From: Desulfosudaceae bacterium
Lineage (GTDB): Bacteria; Desulfobacterota; Desulfobacteria; Desulfobacterales; Desulfosudaceae
Reading direction: 5' to 3'
Assembly (NCBI GenBank): GCA_963674745.2
Contig: CAXXDV010000003.1
Span: 1,984,001 to 2,048,000, forward strand
Length of the DNA stretch: 64,000 nucleotides
In this document: piece after piece, positions 1-12,076 of the stretch
How the letters are laid out: each line of letters opens with the position of its first letter
Position numbering within the stretch: the stretch's first letter is position 1
Notes under the pieces: generated by a model
Seen by the model: the letters and a program-made list of their open reading frames with translations, nothing else
Told to the model about the DNA's origin: nothing
Databases searched by the model: none
Translations under genes and position numbers: made by a program

Positions 1-676
1 TGGTACCGTTAATTTCGGGCGCTTCTTTCATCTTGAAATAAACGGCCCCCTTGTCACGACCGGCCTTGTATAATCTGTCCAATCCGTTATCAGCCAGCTT
101 GATATCATTGACATAGACAGAAGCATTTCCACCGTTTTCGACAATTGCCAGCACGGATTTGAATATCCGCTTCATGATTACCGGATCGCTGTTCTGCTTC
201 AAGCCCACCAGGAATCCGACACTTTCATTCTTGATCTTGCCATCGGCAATGCGGGCTTCGATCTGTGACAGAGAAAGGGTATTATCCGACAGGCCAATAC
301 CGTAAGCCTCGTGTTGAGCAACGGCCGCCAGATCAGTTGAGACGACGATGGCTCCGACCTTCTTGTCCTGCTTACCGCCTTTACCATCGGAGATTCTGGC
401 GGTGAAGTCGCCGCATACACCGGCCAGGCCGGTGACACTGACGTTATTGAAAATTTCGATATTTTTATGGGATGATGCCTGCCCGGCAATTTTCTGCCAT
501 TCGGCCAACGCCTCATCACTTGCCCCCAGTAACGCAACCGACTGGCCGGAAGAATCAGCACCTTGTTTCGCCAGCAGGACCTGGTATCCCGCATCCGCGA
601 TTTTGACGGCCATTCCGTCTCCTGTTAAATTACCACCGATAACCAGCACGTCGGTATTCATATTGATGTTCTCCAT
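1..676 (-). CDS. HdrA/QmoB-like FAD-dependent oxidoreductase, N-terminal part (runs off the window start)
   Basis: Not in the ORF track. Manual translation from ATG 676 gives MENINMNTDVLVIGGNLTG...GVCGDFTARI...KVGAIVVST...LDRLYKAGRDKGAVYFKM, open to position 1. HdrA-type N-terminus, 4 nt downstream of the previous hdrA-like gene. Confidence 0.7.
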   Translation of the reverse strand, partial: MENINMNTDVLVIGGNLTGDGMAVKIADAGYQVLLAKQGADSSGQSVALLGASDEALAEWQKIAGQASSHKNIEIFNNVSVTGLAGVCGDFTARISDGKGGKQDKKVGAIVVSTDLAAVAQHEAYGIGLSDNTLSLSQIEARIADGKIKNESVGFLVGLKQNSDPVIMKRIFKSVLAIVENGGNASVYVNDIKLADNGLDRLYKAGRDKGAVYFKMKEAPEINGT

Positions 677-680
677 ATTG

Positions 681-1988
681 CTATTCTCCCAGATATGTCA
701 TGGCTTCCTCTGCTGCCTGAATTGCCTGGGCAATGGAAGCATCTATTGTTTTAGGCTGATGAGCGGTTCCAGCAACAAAAATACCCTTTTTACCGGTTGC
801 GGCGGCATCCAGATCGCCGGAGGCGCAAAGAAAACCATCCTTGTCAAGATCAAGCCCCAACAGATCGGCCAAAACCAGATTATCCGGATTCGGTGTAATC
901 CCGACAGATAAAACCAGTAAATCAAACGTGTCATAAACAGCCGTCCCCGCAGTTGACACCGGCCCGGTATCTTCTTCACCTTCGGCCGCCGGAGCGGTTT
1001 CCTGTTCTTCAAGGGATTTTCCGGCTGCACCATCTTCATCGTAAAAACGGATGGACAGACAATCATTTTCCGCCGGGAAGGCATCCACGGGGATGCTTCT
1101 GACGAACCGGAACTGTTCGTTACAGGCTTCATAAAACATCGGAAACTCTTTACCAATATTTTGAATATCCATATAAAAAACAGTTATTTCGGAATCAGGC
1201 TGATGATGTTTTATCGACCGCGCCGAACGAAGTGCGTAAGGGCAGCAGACCCGGGAACACCAGAGGTTACCAAGCCGCTCATCACGACTGCCGACACATT
1301 GGACAAAGGCAATTTTTCTGGCCGGTTGCCCATCAGAAGGACGTACCAGCGATCCGTTCTCCCGTTTAATCCTTTCCATATCCAGTCCGCTGATGACATT
1401 GGGGAATTTCCCGTAGCCATAGGTACTTTTCTTGGAAGGATCAAAAGCCGAAAAGCCGGTAGCGACGATCACCGCATCCGCTTTTATCGTTTCAAAAGAC
1501 GCTTTGTCATCAACATTGATCGCACCCTCGGGACAAAGTTCAACCAGTGGTTTGCAATCATGAATTTTGTTTATGTCCAGGGCGTAAAGGGGATTGTTGT
1601 TTTTTGAATATCCCCGGAGCACAGCTCCCTTGACCGGTGATTTTTCAAAACAGACGCCGCAGTTATTACATTTCTCAGAATCGATAAAAATCGGCCCTTC
1701 TTTCAGGCTTATTGTGAAGCCGTCACTGTAGTCTACTTTTTCTATTTCGGAAAAAAGATGAACCGAGATATTATTGTCGGTGCTGACATCCTTCAGCAAC
1801 TCTTCGACGCTACAGGCGCCGCACTGCATGCATTCATCAGTTGCCTTGCAGGTATAACCGATGGCGTGCCCACCTAAAAAGTTTGTTTTTTCAACAATAT
1901 GGACGCCCACACCGGAGCCTGACAGTGCCCTGGCTGCCGCCAGCCCCGCGGCACCGCCACCGATAATTACTACTTGTTTTCCAGCCAT
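681..1988 (-). CDS. hdrA: Heterodisulfide reductase subunit A-like flavoprotein with ferredoxin insert
   Basis: VVIIGGGAAGL FAD motif, CMQCGAC, CNNCGVC, FVQCVGSRD, WCSRVCC, YMDIQ, GIFVAGTAHQPKTI. Start taken at MAGKQ (1988). Confidence 0.85.
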   Translation of the reverse strand: MAGKQVVIIGGGAAGLAAARALSGSGVGVHIVEKTNFLGGHAIGYTCKATDECMQCGACSVEELLKDVSTDNNISVHLFSEIEKVDYSDGFTISLKEGPIFIDSEKCNNCGVCFEKSPVKGAVLRGYSKNNNPLYALDINKIHDCKPLVELCPEGAINVDDKASFETIKADAVIVATGFSAFDPSKKSTYGYGKFPNVISGLDMERIKRENGSLVRPSDGQPARKIAFVQCVGSRDERLGNLWCSRVCCPYALRSARSIKHHQPDSEITVFYMDIQNIGKEFPMFYEACNEQFRFVRSIPVDAFPAENDCLSIRFYDEDGAAGKSLEEQETAPAAEGEEDTGPVSTAGTAVYDTFDLLVLSVGITPNPDNLVLADLLGLDLDKDGFLCASGDLDAAATGKKGIFVAGTAHQPKTIDASIAQAIQAAEEAMTYLGE

Positions 1989-2042
1989 ATCCGTTCTCAA
2001 GCTCCTTGTATTCAAAATTATCCGAACATACGATTTTAAAAA

Positions 2043-2966
2043 TCAGACTTCGGGCCTCGGAAGAACACCGGCCTGTTCCGCAATCTCGGGCACTTTATGC
2101 TCCCATTCAATTGCCATTAGATGAACACCGGCGATGCCTTTCATCTCTTTGAATTCTTCAATCTGCTCACAGGCAATCCTGATGCCTTCTTTGGCCTGTT
2201 CATTTTTCTTGACACCCTTGAGTCGATTGATTATTTCATCCGGGACATCCATCCCCGGCACGTTTTTCTTCATATACCGCGCCATACCAAGGCTTTTCAT
2301 GGGGGTAACACCGGCCAGGATAAAAACCCTATCGGTAAGCCCCATATCATTTGCCTCTTTTACCCATTCCCGCATCCTGACCATGTTGAACACGCACTGG
2401 GTCTGAATGAAATCAGCTCCGGCAGCAACCTTTTTGGCCAGACGGTGCACCCGCCACTCATAAGGCCTGGCAAAAGGATTGGCCGCGGCACCGATAAACA
2501 GCTTCGGCGGTACGTCGATGTCCTGGCCGCTCAGGAATTTCCCTTCATCCCGCATGGTTTTAACGGTATTCACCAGTTGCATGGAGTCTATATCAAAAAC
2601 GCCCTTGGATTGCGGATGATCACCGAATTGCTGATGGTCACCGGACAGACATAACATATTATGAATGCCGTGTGCATAGGCGCCGAGGATATCCGCCTGC
2701 ATGGCCAGACGGTTACGATCGCGGCAGACCATCTGGAAATTAGGCTCCAGCCCTTCTGATATCGCGAATAATGAAGCGGCAAAGCTTGACATTCTGACAA
2801 CTGCCGTCTGATTGTCGGTAATATTCACCGCGTCAACCATGTTTTTCAAGGGTTTGGCTTTTTCCCGCAGGGCTTCTACGTTGGCACCCCGGGGAGGCCC
2901 TAGTTCACCGGTAAAAGCAAAGTGACCCGCACGCAGTATTTTCTCAAGTCTGCTTTCAGATTTCAT
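2043..2966 (-). CDS. metF: Methylenetetrahydrofolate reductase, catalytic subunit
   Basis: ELGPPRG, VDAVNITDNQTA, CRDRNR, LSGDH, GADFIQTQ motifs. Confidence 0.93.
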   Translation of the reverse strand: MKSESRLEKILRAGHFAFTGELGPPRGANVEALREKAKPLKNMVDAVNITDNQTAVVRMSSFAASLFAISEGLEPNFQMVCRDRNRLAMQADILGAYAHGIHNMLCLSGDHQQFGDHPQSKGVFDIDSMQLVNTVKTMRDEGKFLSGQDIDVPPKLFIGAAANPFARPYEWRVHRLAKKVAAGADFIQTQCVFNMVRMREWVKEANDMGLTDRVFILAGVTPMKSLGMARYMKKNVPGMDVPDEIINRLKGVKKNEQAKEGIRIACEQIEEFKEMKGIAGVHLMAIEWEHKVPEIAEQAGVLPRPEV

Positions 2967-2989
2967 AATATCCTTCTTTCCCGAAAAAA

Positions 2990-3673
2990 TTACTTTTCTT
3001 CAAAAAATGCTTTACGCTCAACATAACCAGTCTGTATCAACGTCTGTGGCGTCTGATTTCTCCAGTCATTAATCGGATTCAGCGACAGGATGTTATCAAG
3101 ACGATTCTGCGCTTTCAGACGCTGGTATATCATAAACCACGCACAGGGCTGGTCCTTGTTGATTTCACAGCTTTCACCATTAGTGCCCCCGCAGGGTCCG
3201 TTAAAGAGCGATTTGGCACACATGGTCACCGGACAGATACCACCTGTCAATCCCAGCTGACAATTGCCGCAGGCACGGCATTTTTCCTCATACCAGCCCG
3301 CATCGCGGTTTACACCGATAAAATTGGTGTTCACCGCCGGAAAAACCGGTGTTTCAGGGTACCTTTCCGCCAGGAATTGAATACCCGCGCCACAGGCCAT
3401 GGAAAGGAGCGCACCGTGCCGGGGCACCAGATCATCCAGTTGGGCCAGGAACTCCATGTCACACTGACGCTGCACGGTTATTCCCTGGAATTCCGCGGTG
3501 CGGCCCTTTTCCCTGGCACTCATGGCCAACTCGGCATTCAAAATACCGACCTCTTTTTCACCACCCGCAAGGCAGACGGTGACACAGGTAGCACATCCCA
3601 CGGTCAGCACATTCTGGTAGTCTTTTATAAAATTCTCAATCTCTTCAAATGGTTTTCGTTCCGCTACTATCAT
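2990..3673 (-). CDS. metV: Methylenetetrahydrofolate reductase Fe-S subunit MetV
   Basis: MIVAERKP start after AGGAGG RBS. Motifs GCATCVTVC, RQCD, MACGAG, CRACGNC, CPVTMCAKSLFNGPCGG. Adjacent to metF. Confidence 0.88.
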   Translation of the reverse strand: MIVAERKPFEEIENFIKDYQNVLTVGCATCVTVCLAGGEKEVGILNAELAMSAREKGRTAEFQGITVQRQCDMEFLAQLDDLVPRHGALLSMACGAGIQFLAERYPETPVFPAVNTNFIGVNRDAGWYEEKCRACGNCQLGLTGGICPVTMCAKSLFNGPCGGTNGESCEINKDQPCAWFMIYQRLKAQNRLDNILSLNPINDWRNQTPQTLIQTGYVERKAFFEEK

Positions 3674-3848
3674 AGAGCATCCTCCTAATTGCGACAAACA
3701 ACATCATAGCCGATGTACAAAAGAGAAAACATGCCATAAAAACTGAAAAAAAGTCAATAAATTTTACAAAAATTCAAATTTTTTTTAACGTTTTCAGATA
3801 ACTATTTTTTAATACTGTAAAAAACACGCTGACCGGACACAGTTTTGA

Positions 3849-3878
3849 TTGACATATAAAAAATGGGTTGCCTAATAT
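3849..3878 (+). promoter_or_regulatory. Putative sigma-70 promoter for mdh
   Basis: TTGACA-18 nt-TAATAT about 55 nt upstream of the mdh ATG. Confidence 0.45.
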
Positions 3879-3918
3879 ACATATTTTTACTCATATACTT
3901 ACTTAACCCAAACACTAA

Positions 3919-4866
<948 letters not shown>

Positions 4867-4915
4867 TCATTTCAACCCGGATATTTCATTTTCTTTGTTT
4901 TATTTAAAGATATGT

Positions 4916-5057
4916 GGGCACCTCTAAAAACTAGAATTTGGGTTCGAGGTCAAGGTGCGCGAAAATTTTTACCGAAGGAATACATTGACGTATTTCGAGG
5001 ATTAAAACTTGAGCACAAGGCCGGCATCGGGCCAAAAGATAGTTTTTAAAGGTGCCC
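4916..5057. repeat. Palindromic intergenic repeat / MITE-like element, copy A
   Basis: Imperfect terminal inverted repeats GGGCACCTCTAAAAACTA / TAGTTTTTAAAGGTGCCC. Core TCAAGGTGCGC...AGGAATAC...GTATTTCGAGGA resembles the copies at 24023 and 50578. Confidence 0.65.
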
Positions 5058-5078
5058 GGGAAATATCCGGAGCAGCGC

Positions 5079-6434
5079 CTAAAGCCCGCCGCGAACCGGA
5101 CGGACCAACGCATTTGCATACATATAAGTCTTATCTACGCCACTCGGGCTGTTACCGCTGTCAAAATGAACAAACCATGCTGAGCTCGCATCAGGGGCAT
5201 GAGTCGTTGAGGACCAGAAAATGTTGGAGTAGTAGGAAATTGAACTTGTTTTTGGAAAATAATTCTCATTTATGGCCTGCTGATATCTTCCATAATCCAC
5301 AAGAGACCTTAATTCCTTGATGTTCGGCATCCGCCAGTCGGAATAACCGGCCAAAGTCATGTCCTGGCAATACCTCAAGGCGTCCTGCCAGGTCATGGCC
5401 TCCGAAGATGAATCCCGCGCCCACATCAGATGCTTACCATTCTCGGTAACCGTGACCGTGCCGTCGCCATTATCCGTATATATCGGCGATGACCCGATCC
5501 CACGAACGGCACGCACGGAAAAGTTTTTTTGTTTATCGTTCTTGACGATGCCGCCGTCATCAAAATCCAAAGACCAGGCGGAACTGGCATCGGCGGCATT
5601 CATCGTGGCAGACCAGTAACTGGCATCTATCGTGTTCGGAAAAAAATCCGTATTAATCGCCGGACTGCGGCCAATAAAATTTGCGATTGAATTCAATTCC
5701 TTTATGGTCGGCAAACGCCAGTCTGAAAATCCTCCGAAATTTTCGTCGTTCAGTTGAGCCATAAACGCGTCACCGGCACGATCCCAGTCCGATACCAGGT
5801 TTTTGTCATGGATGGTACCGTCTTCGGTTTTGACCTCCCAGATCAGACCGGTCAAATTATCCCTTACCATGGCCCAGTTAAGGGCGTCTTTTGTTAAAGG
5901 GAAACCACCTGCGTCCAGCCTGGTAAAGGGTGAACTGATTGTGGCATAACAGGCATCCTGACCGTAAAAGTCCTCGCCAGGTGACGGGCAGGGATAAAGG
6001 AAATAAATCGTATCATAGCATCGGGTCTGGCCGGTATCAGAAACAAACGAGTTGCCCAGCAAACACGCTTCATCATTTATGCCGTCACCGTCATTGTCTA
6101 TCCCGTCATCGCAGACTTCCGGCAGGCAATCCTCATCAACCAGCCCGTCGCAGTCGTTATCAATGCCCACACAAAATTCTTTTGCCTGAGGATTAATCGT
6201 CGGGTCTCTATCGTCACAATCCAATCGTTTGCCGCAGCCTTCTTCAACATAAAAGCCATCTCCGTCATTGTCTGTGCAGCCGACAGAATCTTCTTTTTGC
6301 ACACTATTGCCGGGACCGCTGCTGTCGCCAAAACTGCAGCCGGACGTGCCGACGAGAATCACCAATAAAAGGCCCGTCATCATCACGAAAAAGACAGAAC
6401 GAACCTTGTTAAAAATCTCTGATATGTGTTTCAT
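5079..6434 (-). CDS. Secreted/lipoprotein with Cys-Asp putative metal-binding repeats and two DUF1566 (Lcl C-terminal) domains
   Basis: Hydrophobic N-terminus ending TSGC. DNDGDG/DCDD/GIDNDCDGLVDE repeats, DTGQTRCYD, DNLTGLIWE, GFSDWRLPTIKEL, GYSDWRMPNIKEL. Start taken at MKHISE after AAGGAG. Confidence 0.8.
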   Translation of the reverse strand: MKHISEIFNKVRSVFFVMMTGLLLVILVGTSGCSFGDSSGPGNSVQKEDSVGCTDNDGDGFYVEEGCGKRLDCDDRDPTINPQAKEFCVGIDNDCDGLVDEDCLPEVCDDGIDNDGDGINDEACLLGNSFVSDTGQTRCYDTIYFLYPCPSPGEDFYGQDACYATISSPFTRLDAGGFPLTKDALNWAMVRDNLTGLIWEVKTEDGTIHDKNLVSDWDRAGDAFMAQLNDENFGGFSDWRLPTIKELNSIANFIGRSPAINTDFFPNTIDASYWSATMNAADASSAWSLDFDDGGIVKNDKQKNFSVRAVRGIGSSPIYTDNGDGTVTVTENGKHLMWARDSSSEAMTWQDALRYCQDMTLAGYSDWRMPNIKELRSLVDYGRYQQAINENYFPKTSSISYYSNIFWSSTTHAPDASSAWFVHFDSGNSPSGVDKTYMYANALVRPVRGGL

Positions 6435-6492
6435 GGACGTCTCCTTTTGGGGCGATGCTATCATAAAAAAGTGTAAAACGCGATTTAACCAG

Positions 6493-8313
6493 TCATGTGT
6501 ACAGGGCCTCTTTAATCCCGATCGCTATTTTTCTGGAAATGCCCGGTACCGCCGTAAGCTGATCAATATCCGCCCGGCGGATGTGCTCCATGGTGCCGAA
6601 ATGATCCAGCAGGGCCTTCTTCTTTTTCAAACCGATCCCGTCCACTTTATCCAATGCGGACTGAAATGCCACATGGCCGCGACGAATTTTCTGGTAAGAA
6701 ACGGCAAACCGGTGCGCTTCGTCTCTGACCTGCTGCAGCAGGAAAAGCGCCGTATCCCCGGCGGTAAAATTCACGGGATTGACCCGCCCGGGCAGATAGA
6801 TTTTATCCTCTTCGTCCTTGTCCCGATCTCGTTTGGCAATGGCTGCTACGACAAAACTACCGGCCAACCCAAGGTCTTTAAGGACTGAAAGTGCAATATT
6901 CAACTGCCCCCTGCCCCCGTCTACCAGCAGCAGATCCGGATAAACCGGCCTTTTTTCATCGTTTGAAAATCGACGGTAAAGCACCTCCGCCATGCAGGCA
7001 TAATCATCCCGGCTGTCAGCCTGCTTGATCCGATATCGCCGATAGCGATCTTTGGCCGGACGGCCGTCCACAAAAACCGCCATGGCCGCCACCGGTTCAG
7101 TACCACCCAGATGGGAATTATCAAAACATTCGATCACCTCGGGCAATGTCGTCATGTGCAGTTTTTTCTGAATACGCGCCAGCACCTGCCGGTTGGATTC
7201 GAACTGCGCCGTGCGATCGGCCAGTTCATTCCTGGCGTTTTCTCCGGCCATTTCAACCAACCGCTTTTTTTCACCCCGTTGCGGCACCAGCAGGCGCACC
7301 GTTTTCCCTCTGTTTTCTCTCAATGACGCCGCCATCAGCATCGTATCAGCCGGAGGAAAAGCCGTCAGAATTTCATCCGGGATCACACTGTTCTTGCCGT
7401 AAAATTGTGCCATAAAGGACCGGATGGTTTCCGGTTGGGGTGTGAGTGCCCGATCGAAATGGAAAAAAGCGGTACCCACCAGAAAACCACCGCGAACATG
7501 CAGTAACGTAAAGACCGAGAACCGTTCGTTTTCAGCCAGACCGATCACGTCACGGTCCGCAAAGTCAGTGGTAACAACGACCTGCTTTTCAAGCATTCTT
7601 TCCACGGCAAACATCTTGTCCCGAAGCCGGGCGGCCAGTTCAAAATCCCGGGTTGATGATGCCTGCGTCATTTCCTGCTTGATCTTGGACACCAGGTCCG
7701 ACCGTCTCCCTTTTAAAAACAAGACCACCTCTTTTAAAATTTCCTGATAATCACTTTCGGAGATATCGTTACAGCAGGGTGCCAGGCACAGCCCCATCTG
7801 GAAGTTCAGGCACGGCCGCTCCCGTTTTTTAAATCGCTTGTCGCGGCACTTTCTGAGCTTAAAGGTTTTGTCGATTATTTTCATGGTTTCCCTGACCGCT
7901 CGGGAAGACGTATAGGGGCCGAAATACAGCGCGCCGTCGTTATTAATTTTTCTCACGATTTCCAGAGCCGGATAGGGTTGCCCGTTGATATCGAGTCGTA
8001 GTGAGGGATAACGCTTGTCGTCCTTTAAAATCACGTTATACCGGGGTTTATAGCGCTTGATCAGGTTGGACTCCAGGATCAGGGCTTCTTTTTCCGTGGC
8101 CGTCACCAGGGTTTCAAAGTCGACCATTCTTTCAACCAGAACCCCGGTTTTCGGATCCATCCGTTTTCGATCGATAAAATAGGACGCCAGGCGCTTTCTC
8201 AGGTTGGCAGCTTTGCCGACATAGATGACCCGGCCGGTTTCATCTTTAAAAAGATAAACCCCCGGGCTTGAAGAAGCGCCCGCCAGTTTTTCAGATAAAG
8301 GGTGATGATTCAT
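6493..8313 (-). CDS. uvrC: Excinuclease ABC subunit C
   Basis: [53 protein letters not shown]. Confidence 0.97.
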   Translation of the reverse strand: MNHHPLSEKLAGASSSPGVYLFKDETGRVIYVGKAANLRKRLASYFIDRKRMDPKTGVLVERMVDFETLVTATEKEALILESNLIKRYKPRYNVILKDDKRYPSLRLDINGQPYPALEIVRKINNDGALYFGPYTSSRAVRETMKIIDKTFKLRKCRDKRFKKRERPCLNFQMGLCLAPCCNDISESDYQEILKEVVLFLKGRRSDLVSKIKQEMTQASSTRDFELAARLRDKMFAVERMLEKQVVVTTDFADRDVIGLAENERFSVFTLLHVRGGFLVGTAFFHFDRALTPQPETIRSFMAQFYGKNSVIPDEILTAFPPADTMLMAASLRENRGKTVRLLVPQRGEKKRLVEMAGENARNELADRTAQFESNRQVLARIQKKLHMTTLPEVIECFDNSHLGGTEPVAAMAVFVDGRPAKDRYRRYRIKQADSRDDYACMAEVLYRRFSNDEKRPVYPDLLLVDGGRGQLNIALSVLKDLGLAGSFVVAAIAKRDRDKDEEDKIYLPGRVNPVNFTAGDTALFLLQQVRDEAHRFAVSYQKIRRGHVAFQSALDKVDGIGLKKKKALLDHFGTMEHIRRADIDQLTAVPGISRKIAIGIKEALYT

Positions 8314-10319
8314 TTCTCAAAATCGAACAGCATCAATTTCTTCAACTCAATAATCCGGTCCCTGATTTCGGCCGCTTTTTCAAACTCATACTCATCTGCG
8401 GCATTTTTCATTTCCCGTTCCAGCCCGGCCACGATTTCGCCCAGGTCTTCAACCGTCTCGTATTGTGCCAGGGTTTCCTCAATGCCGACTTGGTCACTTG
8501 TTTTCGTCAATTCCTGCATGGCCTCGAAGGTGGTGGCGATCTCCTTGACAATGGTTTTGGGCGTAATGCTGTGAGCATGGTTATACTCAACTTGAATGGT
8601 CCGCCGCCGGCTGGTCTCGTCCATGGCCCGGCGCATGGCATTGGTCACATGGTCGGCATACAGGACAACTGTTCCATTAACATTTCTGGCCGCCCTCCCG
8701 AATGTCTGCACCAAAGACCGTTCCGATCGAAGAAACCCCTCTTTATCGGCGTCCAGAACTGCCACCATCGACACTTCCGGGATATCCAGCCCTTCCCGCA
8801 AGAGGTTGATGCCGATCAAAACATCAATCTCACCCCGCCTCAATTCCTGGATCAACCCCATCCGCTCGATGGTTTTAATCTCGGAATGAAGGTATTTTGT
8901 CCGCACCCCCAGGTCAGCGTAATAATCGGTCAGGTCTTCGGCCATGCGCTTGGTCAGGGTGGTAACCAGCACCCGTTCCTGCCGATCGACACGTTTCCGG
9001 ATTTCATCATATAAATCATCCACCTGATTGGCGGCCGGGTGTATCTCAATCCCGGGATCCACCAGGCCGGTGGGGCGGACAACCTGCTCCACCACGGCAC
9101 CGCCGGCTTTATTATATTCATATTCCGCCGGTGTGGCCGAGACATAAGTAATGGCCGCACGTTGCGCCTTCTCATTAAATTCATCAAAGGTCAGAGGCCG
9201 GTTGTCCAGGGCCGACGGCAGCCGGAACCCGTATTCCACCAGGGTTTCTTTCCGCGAGCGGTCCCCTTTGAACATGGCGCCCAGTTGCGGCACCGTGATA
9301 TGACATTCATCCAGAAAAATAAGAAAATCATCCGGAAAATAGTCCATCAATGTCGAAGGCGGATCCCCCTGGTTGCGGCCGGTAATATGGCGGGCATAGT
9401 TTTCAATCCCGTTGCAGTAGCCCATCTCCTGTATCATTTCCACGTCAAAATGAGTCCGCTCCTCAATCCGTTGCGCTTCGATGAGTTTGCCCTGGTCCCT
9501 GAAAAAATCAATCCGCACTTTTAACTCATCCAGGATGCGGTCGATGATGGCCTTGCGGCTCTGTTTTTTGGTTACATAATGGCTGGCCGGATAAATCACC
9601 GCCCGTTCCAGCCGGTTCACCACTTCCCCCTTGAGTGGATCGATTTCCGAAATGGCTTCGATCTCATCACCGAAAAATTCCACCCGAAGGGCACGGTCCT
9701 CCTCGTAGGCGGGGAAAACATCAACCCGATCACCACGAACACGAAAGACACCCCTGAAAAAATCCAGGTCATTGCGTTCATACTGGATGGCCACCAGGTT
9801 TTTCAGAAAGTCGTCACGGTCCATGAGTTGGCCGGATTTAATATCAATACGCATCTCAAGATAATCTTCGGGCGCGCCCAGGCCGAAAATGCAGGATACG
9901 CTGGCCACCACGATAACATCACGTCTGGACAATACCGACCGGGTGGCGGAATGACGCATCTTGTCGATCATCTCATTGATGGACGAGTCCTTCTGGATAT
10001 ACGTATCGGATACGGGCAGATAAGCTTCCGGCTGATAATAATCATAATAACTGACAAAATATTCGACGCTGTTGTCGGGAAAAAGGCCCGTAAACTCGTT
10101 GTACAGCTGCGCCGCCAGAGTCTTGTTCGGCGCGATGATCAGGGCCGGTTTTTCCAGCCGCGCGATGACATGGGCCATGGTAAAGGTTTTGCCGGACCCG
10201 GTAACGCCCATAAAAACCTGGTGCTTACGGCCGGACCGGATATGACGGCACAGTCCGTCAATGGCCTGCGGCTGATCGCCCATGGGCGTAAAACTGGTGG
10301 TAAGGGAGTATAGCGACAT
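8310..10319 (-). CDS. uvrB: Excinuclease ABC subunit B
   Basis: [45 protein letters not shown]. Confidence 0.98.
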   Translation of the reverse strand: MSLYSLTTSFTPMGDQPQAIDGLCRHIRSGRKHQVFMGVTGSGKTFTMAHVIARLEKPALIIAPNKTLAAQLYNEFTGLFPDNSVEYFVSYYDYYQPEAYLPVSDTYIQKDSSINEMIDKMRHSATRSVLSRRDVIVVASVSCIFGLGAPEDYLEMRIDIKSGQLMDRDDFLKNLVAIQYERNDLDFFRGVFRVRGDRVDVFPAYEEDRALRVEFFGDEIEAISEIDPLKGEVVNRLERAVIYPASHYVTKKQSRKAIIDRILDELKVRIDFFRDQGKLIEAQRIEERTHFDVEMIQEMGYCNGIENYARHITGRNQGDPPSTLMDYFPDDFLIFLDECHITVPQLGAMFKGDRSRKETLVEYGFRLPSALDNRPLTFDEFNEKAQRAAITYVSATPAEYEYNKAGGAVVEQVVRPTGLVDPGIEIHPAANQVDDLYDEIRKRVDRQERVLVTTLTKRMAEDLTDYYADLGVRTKYLHSEIKTIERMGLIQELRRGEIDVLIGINLLREGLDIPEVSMVAVLDADKEGFLRSERSLVQTFGRAARNVNGTVVLYADHVTNAMRRAMDETSRRRTIQVEYNHAHSITPKTIVKEIATTFEAMQELTKTSDQVGIEETLAQYETVEDLGEIVAGLEREMKNAADEYEFEKAAEIRDRIIELKKLMLFDFEK

Positions 10320-10338
10320 GATGACTTACTGGTTTCTT

Positions 10339-10668
10339 TTATTCTCCCCAGACGCGGATAGCCTGCTGTTCCCATAAGCCACCCAGGAGACTGATTGTTT
10401 TCATATCGGCAAAATAAAATGTCTCAAACCCCGCTTTCCGGGCGGCATCCCCGATGGCCCTGCTGTCCCATTCAACGGATATGTCTAATCCGGTAACCGG
10501 CTCCTGCAAAAGCTTGCTGTTAACCGAGGTGACCGTGTGCCCTATGGGGGTTTGATTCATATCGGTCGTCAAGGGAAACGTCACATTGGTATAAATAAGC
10601 CCCGAGGTGCAGCCCGGTCCGAGCAGCAGAAACATGAGCAAAAGCATAATCATGGGTGCTGACCGCAA
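10339..10668 (-). CDS. TRL-like family small lipoprotein
   Basis: Signal peptide ending GPGC, GLIYTNVTFPL, IGDAARKAG, C-terminal IRVWGE. Start is TTG 10668 (GGAG RBS) or ATG 10653; the ORF-track start overlaps the upstream gene. Confidence 0.6.
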   Translation of the reverse strand: MRSAPMIMLLLMFLLLGPGCTSGLIYTNVTFPLTTDMNQTPIGHTVTSVNSKLLQEPVTGLDISVEWDSRAIGDAARKAGFETFYFADMKTISLLGGLWEQQAIRVWGE

Positions 10669-10669
10669 C

Positions 10670-10981
10670 TTAATCTCCATAAGCGATGGTGGTGTGGCGG
10701 GCGTACAACCCGCCCAGTAAAATAAAATATTCTCCATCCAGATGATTGATGATCCGAATATCAGCGTTTTGGGCCGCTTTAGCCGTGCCGGCATCACCCC
10801 AGCTCACCAGCCAGGCAATGGAATGAACACTGGACCTGCCCACCTTATCTCCCAGCCGGGTCTGATCGACATCCCGATCAAGGGGGTACCGTACTTTGCC
10901 GTACATGCATCCTGAAAACAGAACCGCGCATAAAACCGGCAGCAGTATTATCCTGAATATTTTTGTACGCATAAGCTTCAT
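10670..10981 (-). CDS. TRL-like family small lipoprotein
   Basis: Lipobox LFSGC, LVSWGDAGTAKAA, C-terminal TTIAYGD. Confidence 0.7.
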   Translation of the reverse strand: MKLMRTKIFRIILLPVLCAVLFSGCMYGKVRYPLDRDVDQTRLGDKVGRSSVHSIAWLVSWGDAGTAKAAQNADIRIINHLDGEYFILLGGLYARHTTIAYGD

Positions 10982-11101
10982 ATCCGTCTGTCCTTTTTCA
11001 TAAACCCGTCAATGGCATGCCTCACAAGCCGGCAACCTGAAAATACGTCTAAATTATGTTTAATAATAGCCCAAATTGAAATAAAACGCCATAGTCGTCT
11101 G

Positions 11102-12061
11102 TTAACCCGACTGAAGGTTCCAGGCATCCTGAAGTTTGTCCCTGTTGTCGATCAGCAGCTTCATGTAGACTTCTTCCAGGTTGATCATTTCCCTGTCCTT
11201 ATTCCGCAGCCATTCGGCCAGCCAGGCAAAACGCAGGGCAATCACAACCTCCACCAGAAATCCCCAGCTGGCTTCACTGATAACCGATGTCTGTCGCACC
11301 TCGCGGATAAAATTCAGGACAAGATCGTCCATCAACCCGGAGGGGTGTTCCATACCGACACAGCCGATCAGGTTGGCGACATCGTAGATATCTATTTTAA
11401 GCCCGCAGAACTCCCAGTCGATGACAGCCGTAACGGCATCTCCGCGCCAGATGACGTTCATGGGGTGAAAATCCCCATGACAGAAGGCTACCGGCAGCGT
11501 GTCATGAACCGCCAGAAAAGAACCGCCCAGAAAATCGAAAACCGGTTTGACCCGCTGCCCGACATCAGGATCATGCTGATTTATTTGCGGTTCCAGCTTG
11601 AGAAGATATTCTTTAAGTGAAAAAAAAGGCAAATCGCGGGCCTTGATTTTCCGGGCGTGCCGGTAAAAATTTTCCAGAAACCCCGCCAAAGAGATTCCCT
11701 TGCCGGCATCATGAATATAACGGGGCCGATCCAGGTCATCCCCCGCGACAAAAGGTGACAACTGCCACCAGGCATCGTTAGAAGGGGCCAGATAATCACC
11801 GGTCTTTGTCCTGAGATAAGGCGGCACCTGTTCCAGGCCGCCGGCATGGAGCCGTTCCAGAATATGGCCGATAAAAGCCCGACGCCGGTGCCGGCCGGCA
11901 TCGATCTGCTCCAGAACAAAGATCCCGTCTTCTTTATCCTCAACGGCGACTCTGAAACTGGATCGATCGGGACTGCCGTAAAGTTCGATATCATGACGGA
12001 TGGTTTTCAGGTGAATATCCCAGAGCCGGACAACCGTATTGATCACTTCAGACGTCATCAT
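11102..12061 (-). CDS. Phosphotransferase (APH / homoserine kinase type II-like)
   Basis: HGDFHPMNVIW and VIDWEF kinase motifs. Confidence 0.8.
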   Translation of the reverse strand: MMTSEVINTVVRLWDIHLKTIRHDIELYGSPDRSSFRVAVEDKEDGIFVLEQIDAGRHRRRAFIGHILERLHAGGLEQVPPYLRTKTGDYLAPSNDAWWQLSPFVAGDDLDRPRYIHDAGKGISLAGFLENFYRHARKIKARDLPFFSLKEYLLKLEPQINQHDPDVGQRVKPVFDFLGGSFLAVHDTLPVAFCHGDFHPMNVIWRGDAVTAVIDWEFCGLKIDIYDVANLIGCVGMEHPSGLMDDLVLNFIREVRQTSVISEASWGFLVEVVIALRFAWLAEWLRNKDREMINLEEVYMKLLIDNRDKLQDAWNLQSG

Positions 12062-12076
12062 ACAGAATATCTAAAT

